Assembly (NCBI RefSeq): GCF_006345805.1 | Contig: NC_043011.1 | Location: forward strand, 59,346,464 to 59,410,463 | DNA: 64,000 nucleotides | Source of the DNA: Octopus sinensis | Taxonomy: Eukaryota | Direction of reading: 5' to 3' | Part shown: positions 41,098-53,809 of the stretch, piece by piece | Numbering within the stretch: the first letter of the stretch is position 1 | Layout of the letters: each line of letters opens with the position of its first letter | Made by a program: the position numbers and the translations under genes | The notes under the pieces: model-generated | Told to the model about the DNA's origin: nothing | Seen by the model: the letters and a program-made list of their open reading frames with translations, nothing else | The model's database searches: none

Positions 41098-41750
41098 AAA
41101 TTATCCATGATTGTTTCTCCTGTCGAGAACTTTAAAGATATTCCTACCATCTAACTGTGTTTCGAACACCATCCTCATTCTGCTCTTGCACTCTTAAGTG
41201 CCTTTCTGTCACTTCAATTATATCCCTTCGCCTTGCAACGCTCCTTTTGGCATTCGAAAGAAATCAAATGCATTGTGATATCATCCTTGGAATCTTCTTG
41301 TAACAAATTCTACATTTTGTGTGCGTTTGAAGTTTCAGTACTTTTTAGGTAGTTTTTGTTATATTCTTTGTTTGAACGTGTTAAATTCAGAGTGTTCATA
41401 GAATGTCTTATGTTTGTTTGTTTACTATGTCTGTGGACATTTATTTTCCATTACCTATTATTTCTCTCTTTCTTTCTTTCAACTGTGCAATTTCGATTCA
41501 TTATCATTCTTTTTTCTTTCGCTTTTCCTTTTCTAGTTTTAGACTGCCAATGCCTCATTTTAAGTTTGTTGGTCAGTTGGAATCCAGCGTTGCGTTTCGA
41601 TCCGAGTCAAACCCTTTCTTTCACATTTTATGCGTTTACATTATTGAACTTTGTGCATTGAAGCAGTGTGACGCTATGAAACATAAATATAGACCATAAA
41701 GAGATTCCTTTCGCCTCCATGTATGCCATTCTTGAATTAATTCCGGAATA

Positions 41751-41815
<65 letters not shown>

Positions 41816-41974
41816 ATTTAGCGATTTAGTTAGACACCTTCATCAGGACTCCAGGTTATTTCTACTTTCTATCTGGGGCTAAATGATACAGACACTGAGA
41901 GGAAATCGGTTCGATGTTAATATATACCATGCTCTAAGGACTCTTTAGTACGTTGGGCAAAATTATTAGATTCA

Positions 41975-42128
41975 TTTCATCCGTCTGAGATCAATTTCCA
42001 CCGAGATCGATCTGGCCTTTCATCTTTTCGGTGTTGATAAAACGAGTGCCAGTCGTATACTAGGGCCGATGCAATCGACTTGCTCCACCTCTCAAACGTG
42101 TTGGTCTTGTGCCAACATTTTGAAATTA
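41975..42128 (+). mobile_element. Decayed SINE family 3 followed by (AGT/AGC)n at 42129-42413
   Basis: tggcctttcatcttttcggtgttgataaaacgagtgccag...gtcttgtgccaacattttgaaatta. Confidence 0.75.
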
Positions 42129-42129
42129 T

Positions 42130-42180
<51 letters not shown>

Positions 42181-43213
42181 CAGCAGCAGCAGCAGCAGTA
42201 GTAGCAGCAGCAGCAGTAGCAGCAGCAGCAGTAGCAGTTGTAGTAGTAGTAGTAGCAGCAGTAGTAGTAGCAGCAGCAGCAGTAGTAGTAGTAGTAGTAG
42301 CAGTTAGTAGTAGTAGCAGTAGTAGTAGTAGTAGTAGTAGCAGCAGCAGCAGTAGTAGTAGTAGCAGCAGCAGCAGTAGCAGTTGTAGTAGCAGCAGTAG
42401 TAGTAGTAGTAGTATGTCCAGTTTAGTCTTCTCTCAAACCATATCGCATGGAATACGATAAGGAGCATTTTGTGCTTTTCGTAGAAATGTCTTTCCTTTT
42501 CTGCGCTTCATATTTATTTTTACATCTCATTGATGAATTTTCGGATGATTCTTACAGAACCCAATCGACATGTTATCTCCACCAGATTCAATCCCAGGTA
42601 AAAGCCATGTTTTGGAATGTTTATTTATGTTTCACTGTTTCTTTGGCTCCAATATCATCCTGAATTTGTGAACTTCTTTATTCCAGCATTAACGGTGTTT
42701 TATACAACAACTTGCTATAATGGTCCACCGCTTTCTTTTTCATTTCTTTTTATTCTGGTATAAAATGTGCATGCCAAGTACTTAAAGTACACTTTCTTCT
42801 TGACCATAGCTACAGAATCTTCTCTGTTATGTTCTTCTTTCGGTTTGTATAAGAACGTCTCCCCAAAACATCATGTGACCGTTTCCAAAGGTTTGCGTTT
42901 CCATTCCCACTAAACAGCTATAGCTTCTTTCTATTTATGCAAGAACAAGATTTTTGCAAATATTTCGGTGCCGACAATTTTTATATCCATTCTGAGTTGT
43001 AGACATTACGATACACTTTTGGCTAAGGTATCAGGTGGATCATCGTACATTCTACATTTGGCTCTAATGCCTGAAATGGTCATTAGTGATGATATTACAG
43101 TTATTACGACTGTGAAGTCTAACTTCATCTATGATGTTCTCATATTCATTTCTGCAATAATTAGAGAGAACTGTTAAAATATATTTTCATCATCTAGGTA
43201 CAAGCTAGATGAA

Positions 43214-43252
43214 AATTACTGATGAAAAGTTGGCTTCGAAACTGCGTTAATT
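43214..43252 (+). ncRNA. Hammerhead-like motif with intact core boxes but an apparently missing cleavage-site nucleotide
   Basis: AAUUA-CUGAUGA-AAAG(uugg)CUUC-GAAA-C(ugc)GU-UAAUU. Stem I is AAUUA/UAAUU. There is an A-C mismatch at the base of stem II and no H17. Confidence 0.4.
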
Positions 43253-43393
43253 CGGATTCCATCCTAGTGAGCGATAACTTGGGCACCGGTATTTTCTACT
43301 CATACCTAGAGATAAGGAATTTTGATAATGAGAAACTGTGCAAAAGCCCGCAGCATAATTAAGTCCAGTAAGTGAGATTATTATTCACAAATG

Positions 43394-43490
43394 TCGGTAT
43401 AACATGTAATGTTATATAAAGTGTATAACATGTAATGCTGAGAATGCTGGTATAACATGTAGTATTGGTGTAACATGTAATGCTGAGAAA
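43394..43490. repeat. Short minisatellite: four copies of GT(A/G)TAACATGTA with variable spacers
   Basis: Seen directly. Two units share the extension atgctgagaa. Confidence 0.8.
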
Positions 43491-44550
43491 AATAAAGTCC
43501 CTGTCCGTTTCATAGAAGACACCTGATAATATTTGTTCTGCAACAACGCGGTGAATTACCAGAATCGTTAGCACGCCGGTTAATATGCCTAGGGACATTT
43601 CGTCCGTCTCAACGTCCCGACGTAAACTTAGCTTTTCAATTTTTCAAGGTCGATAAAACAAGTACCAGTTCAGCGCTGGAGTCGATGCGATCGATTATCC
43701 TCTCGGCATAAATTGCTCGACTTGTGTCTAAAATTTGAAGCCGAAATTGGTTATGCATTGAGTTCGAGATACACACGTTCAGTTTTCGCCCATGCTTTCA
43801 GAACTGCACTCGGATTGGTGGGCCCCGTTGAAAACCCAGAACATCATAAGTGACGCTATTGTTCAGAACTTGTAATGTAAAATAAATTTCATAAATCTTT
43901 TAATATATGATTAACAGTCCGAAAAAATCATGATCATATTATTGGAAGTGTACCATATATACCTACGTAAAACACATGTAGATATAAACACACAGTCACT
44001 CAAAAGCACACACATACAAACGCATACATTTATACATACATACATACTTTTATATATATATATATACGTATTGACATAATCCACACTTTGAATACTCTAT
44101 TCTATTTCTCGTTTGATAGCTTCTCGCTTCCTTTCTGTTTGATGTTTTGATCTGAAGGGATCGTGATGTCTATAGGAATCAGAATGCATAGGTTTTCCTT
44201 TCTTTCTCTCTGATTATTAGAATATCTGACATGTTCTCTTTGATTTTGTTGTCAGCCAGGAGAGACTTGTCCCGGAGTTGGGCATCGTAGTCATGTTATT
44301 GCCATACACGGATGGTTTAGTGCGTACTTATTCCGCTTATTCTCGGTTTTGATCTGTAAATGTCTGCATAATACCCAATGGACAGCGTTATGCATTAGAA
44401 GCGTCTGCCAACGTACACACCTACATATGAATGTATATAAGTTGGGTACAACAATTATACATGAATGTGTGTGTATATATATATATATTATATATATATA
44501 TATATATATGTGTATGTATATATGTGTGTATATATGTATGTATATATATA

Positions 44551-44581
<31 letters not shown>

Positions 44582-44585
44582 CATA

Positions 44586-44633
<48 letters not shown>

Positions 44634-44643
44634 ATATATATAC

Positions 44644-44688
<45 letters not shown>

Positions 44689-44713
44689 TATATATATATA
44701 CATAATATATATA

Positions 44714-44760
<47 letters not shown>

Positions 44761-44763
<3 letters not shown>

Positions 44764-44891
44764 TGAGAGAGAGAGAAAGCGAGAGAGAAATATCAGTATT
44801 CCTAAATATCTCTATGTATATGTATGTAGATATTATATATATCCATATAAATATACATATATATATATATGTATGTACGTATGTATTTATA

Positions 44892-44933
<42 letters not shown>

Positions 44934-45071
44934 ATATATACATATACAGAGAGAGAGAGAGAGAAAGCGAGAGAGAAATATCAATATTCCTAAATATCTC
45001 TATGTATATGTATGTAGATATTATATATATATCCATATAAATATACATATATATATATGTATGTACGTATG

Positions 45072-45129
<58 letters not shown>

Positions 45130-45130
45130 T
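44761..45130. repeat. Tandem duplication of an about 185-bp GA/TA-rich unit
   Basis: gagaaagcgagagagaaatatca(g/a)tattcctaaatatctctatgtatatg...gtatgtacgtatgtattta occurs twice. Confidence 0.9.
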
Positions 45131-45834
45131 AGATATGTACATACATATGCATGTATATAAATATATGTTACACATATACATATATGTGCGCTGTGCGTGT
45201 GCAAGAGAGAGAGAGAGGTTGAGTGTGTGTATGTGTGTGTATATGGGTGAGTGTGTGCGTGTGTGCATATAGTCTCCTTGTGAACGCCAGGCAACCGGAA
45301 ATGATGTGGTCGAATGCTCGTTTATGTTGACTGAAAAGTCGATGTCTGCTGCTGTTGACGCTAACCCCTCGTTACGTTTTATTTCATTTTATTTAGTGTG
45401 TTTTTGTGTATTTTTGTGTTTTGCAGTCCACCATTAATCCTGTGCAGTTGGAATTAAATATTTCCTACCTTTGAGCCATTGTTATCTTTTATAATGGTTC
45501 ACTACCTTTCCATACGTATGATACACAATATGAAAAGGATTTTTATCCATTACTTTTAGAAGCTTCAATCTGTACATTGATTTTATATTTTATATTTAAA
45601 TTTTAGAATCTAGCAACCGGGGCTTCATTACAGCTTGCCGGGGTTGGTGCGCAATGAAGCCCGAAACAGCGCCCAATTCCTTCCGATGAACCCATAAACT
45701 TGCTAGCATCTCGTACGCCGAGGGTTCGACTGGTAAATGTGAAAGCTCTTTTTGTTAATGGATTAGCTCTACTCTATTCATATTTATTGTACTCCCAACA
45801 ACCTTGAGGCTAGATATAGTTGAGTGGTCAGTAA

Positions 45835-46260
45835 TGACCAAGAAAACAATTTTAATCGAGCTTACAGTCTCGTGGCAACGAGGATGGGGTTAGGCCTAGC
45901 AAGTGAGCCGTGCTAAGTACGAGAATCTTCTGCAGGATTGCAGGGAGAATGGATGCCAACCATGGCTACACCCATTCGTGGTTGACTGCAAGGAATTCCC
46001 CGCCTCTGTCTGTACGGAGGATGCTTACAGTCATTAGAATGCGAGGAAGGAGCGAAGGGTGGATGTTTACAGGATGGGTGAGGCAGCAGAAAGAGCCTCT
46101 TGCTGGTCATGGAAGAACGGAGAGGAGTTAAGTTCGAATCTAGGAAGAGAGGAAGGGAAATTATTCGGACAAATTTACTGACTGACCAACGGGAGGGCGT
46201 TACGGTTGAAGGTCGAAACACTCGATGATCTTTGGATAACCCGAGGCTTCGAAGTTACTG
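45835..46260 (+). mobile_element. 3' end of a HERO/R2-group non-LTR element (REL nuclease and 3' UTR), decayed
   Basis: KTILIELTVSW...AKYENLLQDCRENG...PFVVDCKEF...EAAERASCWSWK matches LIELTVPWE...KY..L...C...GW..P.EVGCRGF...EAAE.AS.W.W. Confidence 0.8.
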
Positions 46261-46371
46261 CCGATTTCTTACTTGGAAATAGAAACGAGATCTATTAGTC
46301 TACTGGAATATATGGAATAACTTTTCCCAATGTTATAGATAACCATACATAAATAGAAATATAGATAGATA

Positions 46372-46523
46372 GATATTTCTTTACTACCCACAAGGGGCTA
46401 AACACAGAGGGGACAAAGACAGACAGACAGATAGGCAGACAGATAGATAGGAAAAATAGATAGATAGATAAATATACATATATATATATATATATAGACA
46501 GACAGACAGACATACAGACAGAC

Positions 46524-46578
<55 letters not shown>

Positions 46579-46682
46579 CAGAAAATAGATAGACAGAAAG
46601 ATAGACAGAAAGATAGATAGATAGTTAGATGGATAGATAGATAGAGAGAGAGAGACAGATAGATAGATAGATAGATAGATAG
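46372..46682 (-). repeat. Family-3 X tail continuing into a (GACA/GATA)n array
   Basis: tatttcttttactacccacaaggggctaaacacagaggggacaaagacag is the reverse complement of X and runs directly into the array. Confidence 0.85.
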
Positions 46683-46884
46683 ACTTCTCTTTGTCCGTGT
46701 GATCTGTTGCATTTCGTGCATGGTAGTGTTTCGTAAAATCTCATTCGTATATTTTCTGTATATTTTTCAACCACTGCAAACCTATCCATTATGAGGAATA
46801 TATTCGGCTTCTGACTTCTTCTATGGCTTCTCTATTTTCACTTTTCGAAGTCTCTGTAATATTACATAACAACAACAAGAATGC

Positions 46885-46917
<33 letters not shown>

Positions 46918-47034
46918 AAATTACTATTATTATTATTATCATTATTATTATTAGTAGTAGTAGCAGTAGCAGTATCAGTAGTAGTAGTAGGAGAATGGGG
47001 AGGAGTGGGAGGAGGAGTATATTATAATTATTGT

Positions 47035-47250
47035 AACTATTTCAAATTTTTGTCACAAGGGCAGTTTTGTGTGGCGGGGATGCGTCGATTGCATCGACTC
47101 CCAGCTTTCAAATGGTACTTATTTAATCAACCCCGAAAGGATGAAAGGCAAAGTCGACCTCGGCGGGATTTCAACTCAGAAACGCAGCAGCAGACGAAAT
47201 ACCGCTGAGCTTTTCGCCCGGCCTGCTAACAATTCTGCCAGTACGCCGTC
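47035..47250 (-). mobile_element. SINE family 3
   Basis: ccccgaaaggatgaaaggcaaagtcgacctcggcgg is the reverse complement of the Nin-like domain. Confidence 0.85.
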
Positions 47251-47291
47251 TTAGGAATAATAATAATAATAATAACAATAATAATAATAAT

Positions 47292-47694
47292 GATAAAGAA
47301 GAAGAAGACAAGAAATGCTTTCTAATTGATGTATCAATACCAGCAGATGACAACGTGTCTCTAACAGAAATGGCGAAACTTTCAAAATACAAAGACCTGG
47401 AAATAGAGGTAACTCGAATGTGGAATCTGAAAACAGAAACAATTCCTATCATAGTTGGCGCATTAGGCATGATAAAAAAATATTCAGACAAATACATAAC
47501 AAGAAAAAAAACACCAGGACTTATAAACACATATAACATACAGAAAATTGCACTACTAGGCACTGCACACATCCTACGCAGAACACTTTCCATACAATAA
47601 CCATCAGAGCATCACAACAAATCACAGCACATACCTAAGGCACACAGAGCTGTGCTCGGTAGTGAAGTGAAAGCACGCTATAAAAATAAAACTA

Positions 47695-47697
<3 letters not shown>
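47292..47697 (+). mobile_element. 5'-truncated R4/Dong element inserted in (AAT)n
   Basis: Open frame KCFLIDVSIPADDNVSLTEMAKLSKYKDLEIEVTRMWNLKTETIPIIVGALG...IQKIALLGTAHILRRTLSIQ* (stop at 47598-47600), about 100-bp 3' UTR, AAT repeats on both sides. Confidence 0.93.
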
Positions 47698-47750
<53 letters not shown>

Positions 47751-48073
47751 CAATAATGATGATGATGATGATGATGACGATGACGATTGCGATGATGATG
47801 ATGATGGTGATGAGGATGATGATGGTGATGAGGATGATGATGATGATGATGATGATGATTATGACGATGACGGCGACGACAATGACAGTCAGAACAATAA
47901 TTTCGATTAGCTTCTGGTTTCTTTCAGGCAAGGAAACGCCTCTGCAAAATGCCATCTTCGCAAAGTAAGGGATCAGTCGTGATATCCTCCATGCTACAGA
48001 GTAATTCAATAGTGTTCTAATATTATCAAATAAAACAAGCTTTCATGCGTGTCAGGTTATATACACATATACA

Positions 48074-48105
<32 letters not shown>

Positions 48106-48801
48106 CATTTTTTTTATTCACACACATGCACCCTCCCACACATATATGTATTTAAGAATGTATATCTGAGCGGTGCAGCGTATTGTTATTTCGAACAACG
48201 GAATTGCTGAGCGCTTAATATCATAAATTAACTGGTCAATATTGCATTGCCTGTTTTATTGTCTGGTTGATAGATTGTGAGAAGCATAGCAGTTCCTGCA
48301 GAGTATCATATTAGCCAAATACCCTCAGGGTTTCTGCTGATGTAATTGTTTCTACGTATATCCCCCCCACACACACACACACAACAAACGTATCTACATA
48401 TATACATACATGTACAGAAACATAATAATACGCATACGTAACGTAAGCGTCTTTATGTGCTGAGGTATTTGTCGGGTAGAAATCCCTTTAAATACGTATA
48501 GTGTTAAATATCACAATATACTTGAGAGCTTAGCGAAACGTAATCCTAGCAAAAGTGATCCTGAGAACAACACCCAAGGTATTTCGACGTAGCTACAGTC
48601 TATCAGTGTCATATAGCCCAAATCTGGCAAACGAAAAACTCAGTTTGCTTGAGTGAAATAGCCAATCACTGTCTTATCTAATTTTCTCTTTCATAATAAG
48701 TTTATAAGAGTTTATGACGAGTGAATGTTATTTATTCCATGCAGGGAGAATTCTTTTATGATGTCTAACTTTTGGCATTCTCATCATGGTTTTGAACTTA
48801 C

Positions 48802-48857
48802 CAGCTCCCTTTCCAGTCTTTGAGATATTAGATGCAGACGTTCTTTTTCCGCCATAC
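48802..48857 (-). CDS. Candidate small exon encoding MAEKERLHLISQRLEREL (coiled-coil-like), unknown gene
   Basis: ATG at 48855, 18 open codons, consensus donor CTG|gtaagt. The upstream AG acceptor context is weak. Confidence 0.2.
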
Positions 48858-51800
48858 CTTTTATTACATTTTATAATTGATGTGGTGTTTAAAAAGTTTT
48901 ATTTACATTTTTAGCTGTGTATTTCATTTCTTATAGTTGTTCGCTTATAATTTTCAGTCTCCGAATGCTACGGTCGAGAGACTTCCATGGTCACTTGAAA
49001 GTTGCACTCAAAATCACATCTAAACAGTAAAGGCTAGTACTACAAATGTTTATAAAGCCAATACCTCCCCTCAGTAATTTTAAACGGTATAAAAATTTTG
49101 AACAGGTCATTGTTAGCCGGTCAGTTGCAGATGAATATTCAATCTACTATGTGCTATTAGTGGCTTAGAATAATAAAGTATTTCAAGATATATAACGTAC
49201 AGGCCTGTGTCGTAACAATGAGACTTTTTGGCTTAACAACAGGTTAAATCCAATTCATATTTTAAAACCCACTAATATACTGCCAGAAAAGCTTGGTAGA
49301 CACATCTGAACCTCGCTATAAACTGATATTGATAAATTGTGGATCGAAGAGAGTTCCGATGATACCAAATATGGTGTTCAACTGGAAATATCTGACCCAT
49401 CGAGTATATATATGATTAATAAATCCCGCAGGATGGAAAGTTTGTCATTGAAAACTGTTTCGATAAAAAAGATAACAGTATACGATTTATAAAAATTTTG
49501 AAAGAAAAAAAAATCCTTAGAGTATATCTCTTGTAGACTGGTGGTTCTGCAGAAACCCTACCGATGGTTACTAAGAAGAGGCAGGCAGAGTAAAGGAGAG
49601 GTGGTCAGTTAGGGTCATGTCGCTTGAGATATTAGAAATAAATGATAAAGAAAAGCCGTTGCCCGGATCTAAAACATTATTATTCTTTCTAATGAAATGC
49701 AATGTTGCAGGTTTCCATGGATGAACTTAACCCCTTAGAAAGTTTGACATATTGAAGTGTTTCGCTTAGATAGGAGTTAACTCAGAGTTCAATGTATCGA
49801 AGTCACGTATCAAAAGAAAGATAAATTATTTTCGTATTTATCATCCAATTCAATTTCGGAACAACTCATATCTGTTTTTCTATCCTCTTTAGTCATGTCA
49901 AGTAAATCCCTTTTGCGTTAATGCTATCAATTGTCAAATCACTGCTTTTGATATAAATAAATAAGATCCTTATCTTTGTACTTCCAGTATTCGTATTTCG
50001 TATAAAGTGTTGAAGTTCCAGGTTAAAATATCTTCAGATATCCAGTTATATCTACATCCATTATTCATTGAAATTCCACCAAAATTACTTTATCTTTTAG
50101 TTAGGACCAGTAGCAATGCCAATCAAGTAATTGTCTCTTATATCTTTCCGCTACACATTATCTAACCGTGAGCGAAAAGAAATCATTAATTGCTCTTATA
50201 CTATTCAGATAGATACTCTTGACTCTTGTATATTAGTAATTAATTTTCTTTTATAATTTGTCGCAACGCCCCTCTTTCATTTCGAAGACATCCTCCATTT
50301 CCAACGTCTATTTTTCCTACTTTATGTCTTGCCCTATTACTTGTGTGCATATAAGAAACACTATGACATATCCCTTTTGTAAATATATTTAAGACTTTTG
50401 TTACTATTGTAATTCTCCTCTTATTATATTATTCCCTGGACAGTTTCAAGGAATTTGTAAGATCCCATTTAATGGAAAATTATTGGCAGAATGTCCTTTT
50501 TTCTATTTCCAATATAAGTATTCCTGCTTGGTGTCAGTTCCACACGATTTAAATTTAGGGTGAATTTCTCCCAATAGAAAATAGTTTTCGCAGCATTGTC
50601 TCTTCCCTGAAAGCTATTTTCATTTCTTTCCTATTCCATTTTTCCTTTTTATGCTTTAGGTTCTCTTTCCAGAAACCGTTCACTTTCTTCTTCCTGGCAT
50701 TGTTATTTTATTTCTAATCTGTTGCATATATTTCGATTGTTGTCTTACTTTCACGAGCAAGTAATATATTGTTAACGCAGATATCCTTCAAGAACCTGTT
50801 AGCATTATCACACAGACTTTGATAAATCATGTGATAATACTTGGGGTAATCTTACTACCATACCAATGATCATAAATCTTTCATCTTTTCTAGCCAATAG
50901 ATTTTTCCATCCGCATTTCCTATCAATAGTACTTTAAAATTGCTTATCTTTACCTGGTCCATCGCCGAAGTAACTCATTCTTATCTATTTTTCTTTTGCT
51001 ATTTATGTCTAACTATAAAGAAATCATTTTCAGCAGTTCTCTGAAGCTGTATGCTTTATCAAGCATAATCTCAAGCCTTACTTGCACGTACATTTATGAC
51101 GAAACTACGTGATCTTTTCCTCGTCCACCCCATAATAACACCTCCTCGTCCAGCCATAATAATATCTCATGCACTACACAGTCAATATGCACTGGCTGTT
51201 TCTTTTGTCATATTAATCCTGAGAACCAACGGTTGTGAGTTGTACCAATGCCTTTGAGAGTCCATTGTTGGCCGTTATTAGATGGAAATTGGATATTCTG
51301 ATCCACGTTGAAATAGATCACATTTGATGTTTCGCAATAAGAGAAAAACTTACCAACTTTTTAATTGATAATTGTATGTGATGATAAATATATCTATCTT
51401 TTTACATGCAATGAGCACATCCTGTTTTTCATCACAATATTCACTAGAAAATAATCGGCCATGTGTTTTATATATATATGAATCAGCTTCTTCTGAATAC
51501 CGATTCTTTGTCATAATGTTCTCTTGATCTTGTCAGTGCATAAACGACTAGAATACACTAGGATTCATTAGCATAATATGATAGGATTCCCTTAAATTAT
51601 ATAAGATATTCTAATGGGAAATGAAGATCTTTATCAAATCAAATCCAGTCTTTTCACATTCATTTCTTTCATTACTGTAATACTAAGCTAAGTCATTACC
51701 TATCCACAATACACTGATAATATTCAGCCATTGACGAGAAAATTAGCTACACACGAGACAACATACGTGGGCTTCTGTTCCCTACAGAGAAGACTTTCAG

Positions 51801-51859
51801 AAGCCTCGGTTGTAATTACGTTATCACTCACCGTTCGACTTCCGTTTTGCTACAAACAT

Positions 51860-52340
51860 GAAGGGCGTTCAATAATCTGTTTTGTTTTTCTTTTGCTTGT
51901 TTTCTTTGGTGGAGAGGAGGTTGTGGCGTTGAGCTGAAAGTCCAACAGGATCTAAAATTTCTCAAGACTTTTCAACAAACCTTGGCAATCGTTATTTCTC
52001 GCCACGATCAGCCAGACAATGTGTTGACAAATTTCTCAATAGCCGACAAAGCCTATTCTTGTGCTGCCATCTATGCTGTAGAATGTGTGCTATTCGGACA
52101 TCTTCCATATAGTCAACCATTGGTTACTCAACTATTTGTTCTGCTCAAGGACACTACTCGAAAGAGTAACGGAAGTGGTACCGATCAATGAAATATTTTC
52201 TTGTATTTTTTTTCGTTTGCGAGCATAAGTAAGTTTCTGCGACGATATACTGGATTCAAAAGGGAAGAACTATGTTGAAAAATATAATAATCTCACTTTT
52301 AATATTTTTGTCGTGCTTTAAGTACTAATTGATAAAAAGT
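51860..52340 (+). mobile_element. Highly decayed mariner deletion derivative
   Basis: A TIR-like gaagggcgttcaataa, HLPYSQPLVTQLFVLLK (compare HPPYSPDLAP.DF.LF..LK), and gggaagaactatgttgaaaaa reading as a G.YVEK-like end. Confidence 0.45.
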
Positions 52341-53432
52341 ACAAATCATTGAAAGCTGATCCTGTTTGGAACAACCATAAAAACGGAGGGACAAGCATTA
52401 GTGTAACAACACTGAAAATATATCTGGCGCCGCAAGTTCGAATCTGCATTGTACGGAGAACCGTTGCGTGTGCACAACGTCTTGTGATCTACACGCAAAT
52501 AAATTTCCCAACAATAGAAAATTAATATAAGTACATTGCGAATAATGTCTGACTTTCGTTTTTGAAATGTCAATTCTTCATGTGGAATAATTTTTAACAG
52601 ATAAGATCAGGTGAATCGTTTTGAATATCAGAATACCATTGATATATAGTAACTCTTTGCATTGAGGTATATTTTTGTTGCAGCAAACCTCAACAATAGA
52701 TGCTTTTATCATGTGTGTTATATTTGTATTGCAGTGACAGTCATGAATATCGGAAATATATACACACTTGTAGATATACATAGACTTATACATGCTCTCC
52801 TTCTATCAACTACGTGTACACATATACACATAGATATATACTTATGTGAGTGTGTCCAGACAGTGATACATATACCTATACACAGGTATTTTTAGGAACC
52901 AACATAGTAATACACGTGTAAGAAAAATAGCTTTTAATTTAGTGAATAGCGAATGGATATAAGTGCCTTTCTGTTATAAACATTCGTATAAAGATATTCA
53001 ATCTCAGACAGAAATAAAATATTTATTAATATTAAGTGCTTAAAAATTTGGTGATGTCCAATAATAACAGAGCTTTCCAGAATGAGTTGCATTATAGAAA
53101 TTAAAATATATGTTTTGAAATTTATGTCTAAAGTGAGTTAATGGGCATATTCAAGATTATTAAAAGATTTTCATTAAACCAACAGACATACTTACTCCCA
53201 CTTCTACTTGGTATTTGGAAAGTTATATTACTTTCACTATGTTACTAATACTCATTATGGCTTGCAGGAATATCGCGACGATATTTAGACTAGGCTGACC
53301 TATAGATTGGCTTTGTATGTTTTATTAATGCCACTAATAGAACTGTGGTGATGCTGACGTAAACAAACCAATCCCACCAAACGTTGGAGATTGAACAAGA
53401 ACAGGCACACATATATAACGATACATACATAC

Positions 53433-53551
<119 letters not shown>

Positions 53552-53643
53552 TAAAGGGTAAAATTAATTAATCAACTAGTAATTAATAATTCCACCACGT
53601 AGAATTCGGCATGAAAAAGGATCATTTTTCGGTAAACTTAAAC

Positions 53644-53809
53644 AATATTTTATAATTACGAGTATAATTTCGAGTATTTTGTTTTGTCCGGGTGTCTTTT
53701 CTTATAGTAGAAGAAATAGCTAAGGTTCTTGGCTGCTATTTCTAAACTTCGGTATGTGGTAAAGCAAATCTTTGCTGAACCCTAATTATAATTATACTCG
53801 TAATTATAA

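Noticed and set aside
42420-42950. Further R4-like remnant
   Set aside because: Motifs are too eroded to name with confidence. A frameshift-aware search is needed.
45620-45666. 10-bp hairpin gggcttcatt/aatgaagccc followed by GAAAC as a hammerhead
   Set aside because: There is no CUGANGA box 5' of the stem, and the downstream ccgatga cannot close stem II.
50400-51000. Possible RTE/L2 RT remnant on the minus strand
   Set aside because: Only vague motif resemblance across many stops.
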